Origin: Bispira polyomma
Lineage: Eukaryota
Direction of reading: 5' to 3'
DNA length: 64,000 nucleotides
NCBI GenBank assembly: GCA_965649765.1
Contig: OZ287757.1
Coordinates: 15,872,001 to 15,936,000 of the forward strand
Both the position numbers and the translations under genes were made by a program. Below the pieces are notes generated by a model. It was given only the letters and a program-made list of their open reading frames with translations, made no database searches and was not told where the DNA came from. Below, one piece after another: positions 13,800 to 26,040 of this stretch. Each line of letters begins with the position of its first letter. The first letter of the stretch is position 1.

Positions 13800-14036
13800 A
13801 AATTGTCAAGATTCTAACACACTTGTCTGCTACCTCTATGGTTCTGGTTTGAATCTCGGCCGCAGCTTAAAGTGGGAAAATTGGTAGTTCCGTGCCAATG
13901 GTCGCTGGTTTACAGTGTAGAATCTTGACCAACTAGTATACACTGGTAACCTCTAGTACTGAAACTGACCGTGGTGACCTTTGATATGACATTTTTTAAT
14001 GTGTTGAAAGCCACATTAAAACCCAAATCAAATAAA
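13800..14036 (+). mobile_element. Older SINE related to family A
   Basis: Degenerate B box GGTTTGAATCTC; body GTGGGAAAATTGGTAGTT..GGTTTACAGTGTAGAATCTTGACCAACT; tail GTTGAAAGCCACATTAAAACCCAAATCAAA. Confidence 0.7.
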
Positions 14037-15289
14037 AATTTTATTTATTTGTCGATTTCCTCTTGACAACTAAGTTTTGGTATGCGTTTTATCAGTTCAA
14101 TAACCACCAAGCTCTGTAAATGCTATTATAAATTGCTCTCTCTAGAAATATATCTTTGTTTACATCTTACACTCCCATATTGCATGATAAGGTCTGTTTA
14201 ACCTTTGTATGTAATCACCTTAGCTCGACATGACTTGTGTAAGCCAGTGAAGTCTATTTGGCCGCCTATAAATTAGAAACAGGACCCCCACAGTAAAACA
14301 TCTAGCATTGTACAACCCCAGCTCACCCCTATACTAACATTCCGTGTACATTCGGGATAACTCGGCAATAAGAACTCACGATGTTGTGATCCGAACTAAC
14401 ACCTTGCTCGGCAAATCATAGGTTATCCCCAATCACTTAATTTCGGTCAATCATATATGTTGGGCCTGGGGCGAAAATTTGAACCCTGGGTTTGAATTGA
14501 CCAAAAGAAAAAAACTTTAAGGGTTATGTTTTGGTATGTTCCATAGACAGACGATAAAAGGGGAGTTTATATGTAACACACCACGGCCTACCGACCGGGG
14601 CTATTTCTATAATTAGAGGGGTAAATCGTGGTAAATCTGTCATTATCGCCAACATAAAGAGTAATATTTTTCATGCTAATTGTTTGGCCTGCCAATCAAA
14701 CTTTCTGCTTGGAGGGGTGAAGTGTAAAAGGGGGAGGGGATTCAATGAAGGCATCTCTTTATAACGAGGCTTTTATTCAGTGTGAGAAAAAAACACCAAA
14801 CCCAAGTTATTTTAGTATTTTAAAATAGTAGTGAGTTTATGGATAATGGGTTAAGAGTTAAAGGTTTGGTACTAATAGGGGGTTAATGTGAAAGAGATTC
14901 TGGGTTAAAATAAGGTCAGGTGATGAGAGTGTTTAAATTGTTTATTGTTTAGACATGTACAGGGTTGTTTGTGGACACACCTTGTCTAATGAACATGTCA
15001 ACACTAACTGTTGTAGAGGTGTACATTTCCACAGAGAATACATTTTGCTAAATTAATTCACACTAAAAATTTAAACTAGTATTGATGTTTCAACTAAAAA
15101 CAGCCAATAGTGTATATTAATTAACTAGATAATATTTTTTTTCAGTATCATTGACATAACTACTAGGTCATTGTGGGCAAAATATTGAAATCATATTATC
15201 ATGAATCAGTCATGATATTTCGAAGGCTTTAGTCGGTTAAAATCTTCAGAAGGTTACAGTCAGTTGTAATCTTTTAGTATAATCTTTAG

Positions 15290-15530
15290 AGTTACATGAA
15301 ACATATTTACATGCGACATAATCAATCGCATAAGTCATAGTCAGTTACACGAAACATAGTCAGTTATCTTAGACATAGTCAGTTATATGAGACATAGTCA
15401 GTTATATGAGACATAGTTACATAAGTTATAGTCAGTTATATGAAACATAGTTACATAAGTCATAGTCAGTTTCATGAGACGTAGTTTGTAAGCTAAGTCA
15501 TAATCAGTTAGCTTAGATATAGTCAGTAAA
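15290..15530. repeat. Degenerate ~19-bp repeat (CATAGTCAGTTATATGAGA)
   Basis: Recurrent ATAGTCAGTT. Confidence 0.85.
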
Positions 15531-15908
15531 AGGTTAGCTGAAACCTTCTCCCGGGGAGTGTTGGGGAATGGTTTTATTAATTTCTGCATATTTGTTACAC
15601 AACTGTAATCTATGTTTTAAAAAAAGATAAACTACCATAACCATTCTTCAGGAAATAAAAGAAGTGCTACACAGATATTACATTTTCATGGTTATTTTTA
15701 AATATTAAAAAAACAGTTCTTATAATTAATAACTGCAATTTGCAAATTCCCCATCTAATGAAGACTTCCTATTTTTTCCCCTGTAGGTAATTGGCTTGCC
15801 ACTGTGATATCAAATAAGTCGGTGATATTGTCTGTCTGTGGGAGGGAGGAGGGTAAGACTGTCTAGGGGTTCTGGTTTACCAACTAGGTCCCTGTAAACT
15901 TCAAATAC

Positions 15909-16104
15909 CACCTCTGGGCGGCGTGAGTTCGAATCCCGTCAATGCCTATGTGGGAAATGTGGTAGTTCCTTACTGTGGGCCGCTGGTTTCAGTGCAGAAC
16001 CTTGATCAACTGTATGCAGTGTTTCCTCCAGTGTTCCAACTACCCGTCCCAATATAACCTAAACAGGTACAAGAGTGGACGTTAAATATCCCAATTCAAA
16101 TTCA
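15909..16104 (+). mobile_element. SINE family A copy, 5'-truncated
   Basis: B box, body and TTCAAA tail; 13-bp TSD AAACTTCAAATAC (15896-15908 / 16105-16117). Confidence 0.9.
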
Positions 16105-16191
16105 AAACTTCAAATACATTTAATGCCCTGCATTGGCTTTCTTCAGAATACATCAGATACATAATAACATAGGATCTCCACCACTGGCTAA

Positions 16192-16539
16192 TGGCTCATT
16201 TACCGAATACAGATTTATCAAAGAATTCAGCAATATATACAAAAATTTATTTCATAAACTTGCCATACATACACTGCCGAAATATTCTTCCGAATCATGT
16301 GCACTATGTCAATTTTTTTTATGTTTTCACATAGTATTTATAACAAAATTTTGGTGGATTGACGAGATCAGTAAATCTCTCGAAAATGTATGTATACAAG
16401 TTCGAAAAAAAATTGTGCAACTTTTGATCGCGACTGAATTTTCGGATCAATATCCTGATTTAGTGCAGTGTGAATGCCCACAATAATTTATAAGGATCAA
16501 CAAATTTGTATATACGCATTCGGTGCAGTGTGAATGGGA
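16192..16539. mobile_element. Decayed inverted-repeat DNA element
   Basis: GTGCAGTGTGAATG occurs twice at the right end, with partial complements (CACTGCCGAA, ACCGAAT) on the left. Confidence 0.35.
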
Positions 16540-16839
16540 TGTAACTAACAGTACCGAAATCTGTCCACAAAATAACCCAACAATAGTTTTTTCATACAGT
16601 GTTCCCGAGGTTAGGAACAGCTTACCAATTAGCCAGATTAAAGAACTGTTAAGTTTTTAAATGTGCAATTAAAACATGTTCCTTTAAGGTTGGGACCTAA
16701 TTTAATCTATTGCGGTGTCAATCAATAGTTTTTAGACAGATGTCCTGACTATGTTGGTGGATTCTTGTCCTTTTAGATCTTAATCCAATTAATCAAATGA
16801 TATGTATAGGGAGACAAACCCTAAAATATTACATTAGCT

Positions 16840-17000
16840 TCATATTCACTAGAAAATTTAGTTTAAAATCCACTTTCAAAGCTATTGTCTCTCAACAGCC
16901 CTCCTACCTGGCCACTCATTTTTCTTTCAGTAACCATAGAAAGGGAAAGAGACTTTCTGTTTTATTTGTAAAACCTACCAAGAAGGCTGCTTTACATCAA
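16840..17000 (+). mobile_element. Older L2-like fragment
   Basis: KSTFKAIVSQQPSYL; GAAAAGAGACTTTCTG shared with 53105-53315. Confidence 0.45.
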
Positions 17001-17008
17001 TAAAGCGC

Positions 17009-17490
17009 ATTAATATTGAGTATAGAGTAACATTCAAAACTGCTACCTTAGTCTATAAATATCTTAATTCAGGTTGGCCTCGGTATTTCAGTCCTTACTT
17101 GTCTCCCTATGCATGTCAATGCAATACAAAGCGTCGTAGACCTGAAAATGCATTTGTAAGTGTCCCTATCTTTGTACGATCAGTTCACAATTCAAAAAGA
17201 CATTTTAACAATAGTTTCTCCAATGATGCTCCTGTGCTGTGGAATGATCTGCCTCATGATATTTGCACTCCCTTATCACTTGCCTGTTTTAGGAAAAAGC
17301 TCAAAACCTACCTATTCGGCAAGGCTTTTTCGCCTCAGTCTCCTCACCTTTTTCTGGTGTCTCCAAGGTCACGACTCTTGTACGACCAATAGCTATATGA
17401 AATTGTCAAAATTATTTGCTGTCTCAAGCACCTTACAATCTCCTAGTACAGAGATAATTGCTATAAAAGTTAGATTAGGTTAGATTAAAA
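17009..17490 (+). mobile_element. L2/CR1-clade LINE 3' end (ORF2 C-terminus and tail)
   Basis: Open frame IEYRVTFKTATLVYKYLNSGWPRYF..SFSNDAPVLWNDLP..FRKKLKTYLFGKAF, typical of the L2 ORF2 end; tail (TTAGA/TTAGG)n near 17470. Confidence 0.8.
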
Positions 17491-19365
17491 ATGTATTATA
17501 CAATACATTACAAATTAAACATTGCAATTTGTGTAGTTTTTAATGAGCTAAAAAAAATGAACATACACTATAACTTTTACAAGGTAAAGGTGTGTCAGTT
17601 CATGTATCACACGTGTCCGTTAAAATGCTGTACTTGTTATATATACATTTAAAATTATAATCAAATCAAATAGTCATATAATGCTGATTGTTTTTACTTG
17701 TATGATTACCATCATATCTCTAAAACTATCACAACTAGTACAATGAAAAGTTTCCACATTCATTCCCTCCACATTAAATCTGCCCTAAAACAGACAATGT
17801 CTCCCTAAACTGACGGAATTCCCTTCAAAAGTCCCACAGATGAGGCCCATTTCTGAGGCAAGGCTTTCCATCTAAGAACACCATCCAACATTGTTACGTC
17901 ACCACCTCTAGCACCTGATCTCATTAACACTTGACAAGCTGCCTAATCTGCCAAGGTGTGTCTGTGTATATTGGTGTATGCAGAGAGGTATTAAAGTACT
18001 AACCACTTTTATGTGTGAGGGCTCTGTGCACATATGTCAGATTGTTGTCACATGATGGTGACAGCCCCTTAATACTAATACAGGTGTAATCTTAACAAAA
18101 GGAAGACTGTTGTAAGATTTTGATTTTTTTTTTCTAGAATTTTCTATTCTCCTCCACAGCCTGAATTGTAATTCATAGTATCTATAAAATAGAAAAATAT
18201 AAATAAATCATTGTAAGTAATAACAAGATAATATGTGGTGGCTTACATGCTGTAAGTGAGGTAATATGATATTCATAAAAAGACGTTTGAAAATGGATGA
18301 CGTCACAATACAAGATACGATGGGGGACCTATTGACAGAGGACCACGCCCTTTTTAAGTGGTCATTATTATTATACATTTTAATGTGCTTTATTGATACT
18401 AAGCATCTTCTAAAGCGCAACAACAGAATCAGTGTGTTAATCGTTTAGTCCATAGACACAGCAAATCCTGCCTAACGTAATATACTCCAGTTAAAGTATA
18501 TATGATCTTGTTACCTCAGCCATGAGATGATGGACTAGGGCAAGGCCCCATTATATTTTGGTGGATGGCCCTAATATGTTTTGGTGGATGAGTCAAAATT
18601 CCTGCAGGGTAATGGAAAAAACTAATGAACTAATCTTGACCAAACTTGGTGGAGTGCAATGACATTGGCCTAATTTTGCTAGACCAAATACAAACAGACT
18701 GTTGTAAGATTATAGAAAAGTTTCGAGAAGTAGGCTAAACTAACAGACTCCAGTGAAAAAAAACTAGGTCTAGTTAGGGCTTAGAAAATATTATGTCATG
18801 GGGTCATGTTAGGGGGGGGGGGGCTATGTCAGGGGGGGGGGGGTGCTACGGCCACGTACAGTTGGTGGGTGTAATGGGGTATCAGAAGATGATGACAAAC
18901 CAAAAAAAACAAAAACATTTTGCAGTCCGGTGGTATAACTGTAGAGGTTTTGTCGAGTATTTATTTGATTGACCTTCCACAAGACTTATAATGTATTCCT
19001 AAACTAATATACTCCATCTATAGTAAACTATCACATCATCCACATGTGTTATGTAATACATCCTGTAACAGTTATTTACTGAGGTTTTAAATGCTAACAC
19101 TTACATCTCAGTCTAAAGAGTCATCTCTTATCTGTAACAAAAAGGGGAAAAAGGGAAAAAATTAATTTTTATTTTCCTTATATACATATATACGGCCTTA
19201 GACGTGTATAAGCAAATAGTATCAATGGTGTTTGACAGTGGTGAGAGAGGTTAGGAAGGATTAAATGTCAACCCTGAGAACACAGTATGGTATTAATCTG
19301 TCCCATATTCTTCCTCCTAACTTTGTCCAGATCTCATTATCCACCAACTCTCTCCTCCCCAGCAT

Positions 19366-19620
19366 CCCTAGTCACCCCCACCCTCTCCCTGGTCACCCCC
19401 ACCCTCTCCCTGGTCACCCCCACCCTCTCCATGGTCACCCCTACCCTCTCCCTGGTCACCCCCACCCTCTCCCTAGTCACCCCCACCCTCTCCCTAGTCA
19501 CCCCCACCCTCTCCCTGGTCACCCCCACCCTCTCCCTAGTCACCCCCACCCTCTCCCTGGTCACCCCCACCCTCTCCCTGGTCACCCCCACCCTCTCCCT
19601 AGTCACCCCCACCCCCTCCC
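19366..19620. repeat. 21-bp tandem repeat (CCCTRGTCACCCCCACCCTCT), about 12 copies
   Basis: Direct inspection; it explains the three overlapping low-complexity ORFs. Confidence 0.97.
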
Positions 19621-20019
19621 TGCACCTTTGATACAACCAAGGCCCCAACCCAGCAGCAGTCATTTTATAACTCCATTGAGGTGAGGATTGTGGGACTAAT
19701 GATGTCAAGACTCTTATAATATTGTCACACACACTAAGAGGGTCATTGTGTTAGGTAGAATCACACAGTCCAATGGGTTTTTCTTGTGAGCTGATCACTC
19801 AAAATTGCTTACCTTTGTCCATTACCTAAAAACTCACCACTTACTTAATCATATGTATAACTATTACAACCCACCTTAGAATTTTGTTCTTTGTTGTTGT
19901 TTTTTTTTATTCTAAGAATTTGGTCAATCTTAAAATGGGCGTTAAGCCCAACATGTCTAGAACATCAAATGTAATTCCTCGAAACATCAGTACAAATATC
20001 CAGATCTGTGGTAATGTTC

Positions 20020-20187
20020 TCCAAAAATATCAAGCCTCACAGAGTAAATCTCAAATCGGATAATCCCCTAACTCTGGCTAGAGTCAAGTAAATCTTTACT
20101 GCATATTTGATTTCAGCAATTAAATCTCTATTAAAATTAATGGTCACAAGAGTAGGTTTATGTCATCTACAAGAGCTTCCACGTAAC
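20020..20187. mobile_element. Family E copy (truncated by SINE B)
   Basis: Core at about 20098-20172. Confidence 0.55.
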
Positions 20188-20800
20188 CTTGTGGTCTTTG
20201 GGGCCTAGCCGTTAGAGTTTTTAACTTTGAATCAGAGGGTCCCAGGTTCGAACATCGCCGCAGGCCCAGACATTGTAACCTTGGACAAGGTACTTTACAC
20301 AAAATTGGGTCTTTCCATCCAAGTGTACCAATCAGTACCTGGCTGCTATTGGGTATTAGTGTATGTACAGATGTATGCGGCTCCCAATGTCAGATGTCCA
20401 ATTTGCTACTGTGATTTTTTTCTCTCCTCATATTTTTTGTTTATTTGTTAACATGTATCAGACTGCGAATTGCGACACTCGATAAGCGGCTCTCGACTCC
20501 GAAATTTTCAGTCCGGGAAGGAAAAAATCGGATGAGAATGAAAAATCGCAGGTACTACAATAGTTTTCATATAAGAGGAGGTGTGTGTGTTGGGGGGGGG
20601 GGGGGGGGTATGAGAAATCTCATTTCACAAATCTGATGTCTGATATCGGAGGTTGCTTACATGTGTACATACACTAAGTCTATACATCGTATGTGGTAGC
20701 ATGGCTAGTATGCTCTCTTAGAGGGCTGAGAATGAACAATTAGTAGACACAAGTGGAAGAACCCAGACTGGGGGTTTAAATTGTGTACAGCACTTTGAAA
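20188..20800 (+). mobile_element. SINE family B interrupted by a MITE
   Basis: Head and CORE-like part 20188-20355; it resumes at 20678 with the same 3' part as 6485-6590. Confidence 0.7.
20356..20677. mobile_element. MITE (about 320 bp) with ~45-bp imperfect TIRs
   Basis: Ends TTAGTGTATGTACAGATGTATGC and GCTTACATGTGTACATACACTAA; inverted homologue at 50251-50562. Confidence 0.8.
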
Positions 20801-23800
20801 GAAAATTGACATTAGTTGAGTCTAATTTTTTTGAGTTTGTTTTGACAATAAGAAGTAATCCGAGAGATGTCATTGACATTAGGTAACATGCTCATCGTAC
20901 AGCTGAGGTGTCCATGTTTTACAAGATTCTCCAATCCTTTTGTGTCACACATCACCTTGGCCATATTGCACACATGGCAGTCATTTGAACATTTTACACT
21001 CCATGGGTTTTAGTATTATTATTCCTATAGTCACGTGATCTTACCAGCAGACCACCAATTTTTCCCCCATCAAGCCCACTAGCCGCAGACAAGCTGATCT
21101 TTTTCACATTACCTTCCGATCGATTAGACATACTGAATGAACTTGTGGCCAAGGGGGGCTCCAGATTGGGTCCCTCGCCCCCAGGGGGTTTCCCCGACCG
21201 TGGGGCGAGCCAAGAGGGGGTAAATCACTGGTTATGTCAAGGACAATTCTTCCTTCTCGTCAGAGCACACGAAATAATTGCAAATAAATTGGGCAGTCTA
21301 TTCGACCGTGAAAAGGTCATATGTTACCACTAATTTCAAAGGGGAGATATGACCTTCTAGTCCATACAATTGTCACATTTCAACTACAGAAAACAGGTTT
21401 TCTGTATTGGGAGATACTAAAACCACACTGACCACCCTTTTCAATAAATTACAGCCATATTCTAATTTGAGTTTGATTGACAAGGGGTTGGGGGAAAAGG
21501 GGCGGGGTTATTGCCATAGTAATAACATGTTTATTACACAATTACAGGTGAAAGAATTTCAGTACAACTGTCATCCCTGAAAAAAAATTATCTAATTTTT
21601 CCAATTTTAATCAAGAGATAATTTGTTTTTTGCCTGTTTTTTAATATTCATATCTTCATGCAACCCTCTTTGGGCATCACCTGTTTGTTTGCTTTTGCAT
21701 GAAACTTGAACTAAAAACTGCTAGAAAGTTATAATAATAAATGTCAGTTGAGTGCATAGGGATGGATGTTTGTTTATGGAAACTTAGGTTGAAAATATAA
21801 AGTGGTGGTGTGGAAATGGCCACTGTACACAGTGAAGTTATTGTAGCCTTGTTGAAATAGGAATTTAAATCTACCTCTCCGTCAAGTAAAACCAACCTAT
21901 CACCTCCACAAAACTGCCAGTCAGCATCCATCACTGCCAGAATATGAAACATTAACGACTTTTACAAATCATATTCCAAACCGCGGTTTCGTATTACGAA
22001 AACGTCTAATCAACTAGACACGCACAGATCAAAAGTTAGGATAACTTTGGGCGGCCCCTTGCTGTGAGTTTTATGGTTTGATTTCAATCCAGGTCCATAT
22101 ATCTCCCTGGCTGTCTTGTACTGGAGGTTTTGGGCCTGGCACCCAGTGTTGACGTTATAATATGAGCTATAGAGATATCTTTCTTTTTCTGGAGTCAATC
22201 CAGATTTGATGCGTTTAGAAGGACCATTGTTGATTGTGTTGTGACGTGTTGTAAACAGTGTAAACAGGTAAAAACAGATAGCCAGATTTATATAGATGTA
22301 TTTATCATTACACTAGTGACAGACAGACCTGAAGAAAGAGAATGGTTTTATCTTAACTTCTCGAGGTAGTAAACATTTGTTAACATATTTTTAACAATGA
22401 CTAATCTGTTAACAAACTCTTTTTAGAATATATTTTAAATTTAATGCTCTTTATAGTGTTTCTGCAAATTAAAATCAAGTTAAAATAAAAGTTATATCAA
22501 AACATTTGGTATACATATCGGTGAAATTGTAAGAGCGTATGTTTAAATATGTAGTAATTTCTAGGGCGACTAAATTTTTTTGGGATGAATGAATCTATAG
22601 ATCCAAATATCTAAACACATTAATTTAAATATAGCTTGTATTATTAGTCTTCTAGTTATTGTTGTTTAGTCAAGATTAAATAAACACTTGACCTCTCTCA
22701 CAGTCAGAATATAATGTCGGCCGCAAATTTACAATTGAGCACAATGATAAATCATTACACTTTATACAATTAAAACTTGTTTTTACTTAACTCTTTACTT
22801 GAATTGGGTGATGTGTGTGTGTGTGTGTGTGTTTGGTTGTTGTTTTTTTGTTTTGTTTTTTGTGATCACGGTACATTTAATATTTGTGCAATGTGCAATA
22901 CATTATTTTACAGAAACTAGTTTTACAGTTTATCAATTTATAAATTGTTCAAGCGATTTCGCAATTGCAATTTTCTTTACATTCGTCCAACATATAGTTA
23001 TGTACATATGTAATTTAAATAATACAAAAAGCATCCCATTTTTTTTGTAAACTTCACAACAGTTCAAACATTTGATATAGAGAGGAAAATACAAGTCCAT
23101 CCATCATCCCAACTGACCAGCACTACGTGACAATAGAAGTCTGCACACACCCGAGCCTGCTTCAAAGAAACAGCTCTTTCAAAGGCCCTACCTTATGATC
23201 TTTTAAAATGATGAGAGACACTAGACTATAACCAAAAAGACGAATCATATTCATATTTAGACACCCCACCCCGTAGTTTAACTACCAACAGGTATCAAAG
23301 TACAAGAAATAGAAAAGCCCGCGTCTTTTGTCTTTCCGCATTTTTTTATATCTCAAGTACGCAAGACGAGGGCCATATTTAAAAAGACGCGTGGCTCAAC
23401 CATATTTCACCGAACCGTCATTACACCCAAAGGCGATTAAACCCCGGGGAAGCTCTCTTTCTCTGGAGACCCCTGGGGTCGTTTTAGGGGAGGTGGTAGT
23501 GGTGGGTGGGGGCTTATCAGAGACTCTGAGGCCCTTATATATTGATGGCCACAAATTGGGGGTGAGTGGGGAGAAGGAATGATGAGCCCAAACTGCCAAC
23601 CCTTCTATGAAAAACTCGTTTGTGAGAGTGGGGTAGTCCTTTAGAAGACCCCGGGACCTCCACTGTTTTATCATATGGACGCTTTTCAACCTTTTCACTC
23701 TTCATTTCCTTTGAAAAGGTGAAAGTTTATACATGAAAAGCTGGTGGAACATTGTATACATTTGTGAGGTGCTGTTTTTTAATGGGGGAGGCTTCTATAA

Positions 23801-25810
23801 TTAGGAGACCTTTATTCAAGTACCCGGCTTGAATGGTACCAAAAACATATAAACTAAGGGAGTTTACAGATAAATGGATAGGAATTTAGTGAATCTGAAA
23901 TTCAAAATATATTTTGTTTTAAATATTTTGGTCAGTTTTTTATCAAAATATATTGTGTATAATGTAATTGCTATTTTTTTTATTAAAATATATCGTGTAT
24001 AATGTGATCTATAGCTTCTATATTACATAATGTACTGCAAACAGTCTTTATTGCACTACATCAAGGGCCAATTCAAGAAGTAGAGTCCTAAAACCTGGTC
24101 TAATCCATATAACCATTGACCACCATAAAACGGAACGGGTTTCAACTGTCCTGGTTTAAGTAGGAACTCATTCTGAAGTGACTGCCACAATGCAGACATA
24201 AGAGTCATATTAACTGGATGGGAACTTGCGCCTAGTCCAGACTAGTATACACCATATATAGAGAGACACTTGGAGCACAATGTTGTAATCACTCAGATCA
24301 ATACTGTACTCAAATCACCCTGGTGACATTTCCCTCACTACCTGGGGGGGCCATCCAGTGCAGTTCTTAGTAGTTGACTGTTCATATTTTAATGATCAAA
24401 TTACAATTCATTGTTAGACAAATGTCTAGGTATAAGTGTGGTATTGTGGGGGCAATTTCTACTTTCAATATACCTATTTATATCAACAAAAACATCAACA
24501 ACATTTTTTTAAATAACAGACACATATTAAAAGTAGAGTGCGGAACATTGCCAAAAAAAGTTTTTAAAAATCTTAGATCAGGCCTTACACACAGATTGGC
24601 TCATAAGTTTCATGGATATTTATGAGACAATGTCTCATCCCTCTACCAAATTTTAGCTATATCGGTGCAGTTGTTTTTTTTTTTTTTTGTTTTTTTTTTT
24701 TGGTGTAAAAAAACAACAACCACTTTTATTGATTATGACCACACTACACATGCTTTCTTAAAACCAAGAAAAATACAAAAATGTCCTGAGGAGCTTTCAC
24801 TGGATGATGTCGTGTTTGCCTTGTTTGGTGTTTACTTTTTCGACCCCTAGATTTTTGGCCAGCAGCAGACACTATTTGTTACTCCCAAAACCTATATCTA
24901 TTGACAAACAGTCGACACCCAAAATTATTATTTTATTTTATTTAATTTTACACAAGCCCTTTATTGCCGGAAGTCAAGTGTGCGGTATGTGTTTTAGTGA
25001 TTCCAGCAATCTGTAAACTATTACCTCAAAGTTTCCTTTTTCTTCTATGGGTCAAAAGGGTGATGGTCAAGTAACCAAGTTTAGACAGTTAAAATACACC
25101 TACCTTCATATTATCATAACTAGTGCTAAGGTGTGTTTATATTGTATAAATGTTTCTAAGCATCAGTGGTGAAGAACGTCATTAAATTTGAAACAGTAAA
25201 GTAGAAAAGTGGAGATGCACACTTGGTAACATCCTATACAGCTTCTTATAAGCTTGGTGCTGAGTGCTTAATTCAATTACTAGAGTAATTGTGGTTGTGA
25301 AATGACAAAAGAAAGAAGATCAAACCTGCTCAGTGCTATTATAATACTTAATTAAAACTATTCCAGATAAGAAAGGTTAATGTTTCATCGTTCTCACAAA
25401 AAAATACAACCTTCGGTATTTACACATAAGTCTGTAACTTAACATTACTGCATTTAATATATTATTAGATAAAAACATAATTTGTGATTGCATAGGTGCA
25501 CAGATTAAAAATTAGTTCTGCAAAATATTGTATGTTTTTAATACTCTACTATATACTGGGCTCAAAATTATTACCAAGTAAAGTTAGTCCTGTTGAGAAA
25601 GTTTAAGGTTTGTCGTAAACTCACAGAAATTGTCGTCTGCTTCCATAATTAGCAGGCGATAATAGGGGTTTTTAGAGCCACAATCAGCTTTCTAAAGTAA
25701 TTAGCAGAACAGTATGTGTGTGTTGTTGGTGGTGTGTTTGAGGATTCGTGGGGAGGTACAGAATAAGCCTCTCAGTGGAGAGCACTGCAGAGGCCTTTTA
25801 ATTAACACCA

Positions 25811-26040
25811 CTGGTCGGATTCTCCAAGAGCTCACAAACTCAGCTTTAAGGGCACTCTATATCTAACTAGAGTGAAGATACCAAATATTTGACTGCATAT
25901 TTGAATTCAGCACTGAAAGCTCTATTAAAATGAATGGTCACAAGTACAGGGTATTTTGGTATACAGTAGTAATACACAACGGCATCACCTGAGTGCAGTA
26001 GGACTTTGAGCTTGAGTTTCTTTGTAGAATGCAGGCCCAG
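25811..26040. mobile_element. Non-autonomous DNA element (about 230 bp MITE-like, family E)
   Basis: Core TGCATATTTGAATTCAGCACTGAAAGCTCTATTAAAATGAATGGTCACAAGTACAGG seen eight times in the window; degenerate TIRs CTGG..ATTCT.CAA. Confidence 0.65.

Noticed and set aside
19265-19732. His/Pro-rich and VTRERVG repeat ORFs
   Set aside because: Artefacts of a stop-free 21-bp tandem repeat.
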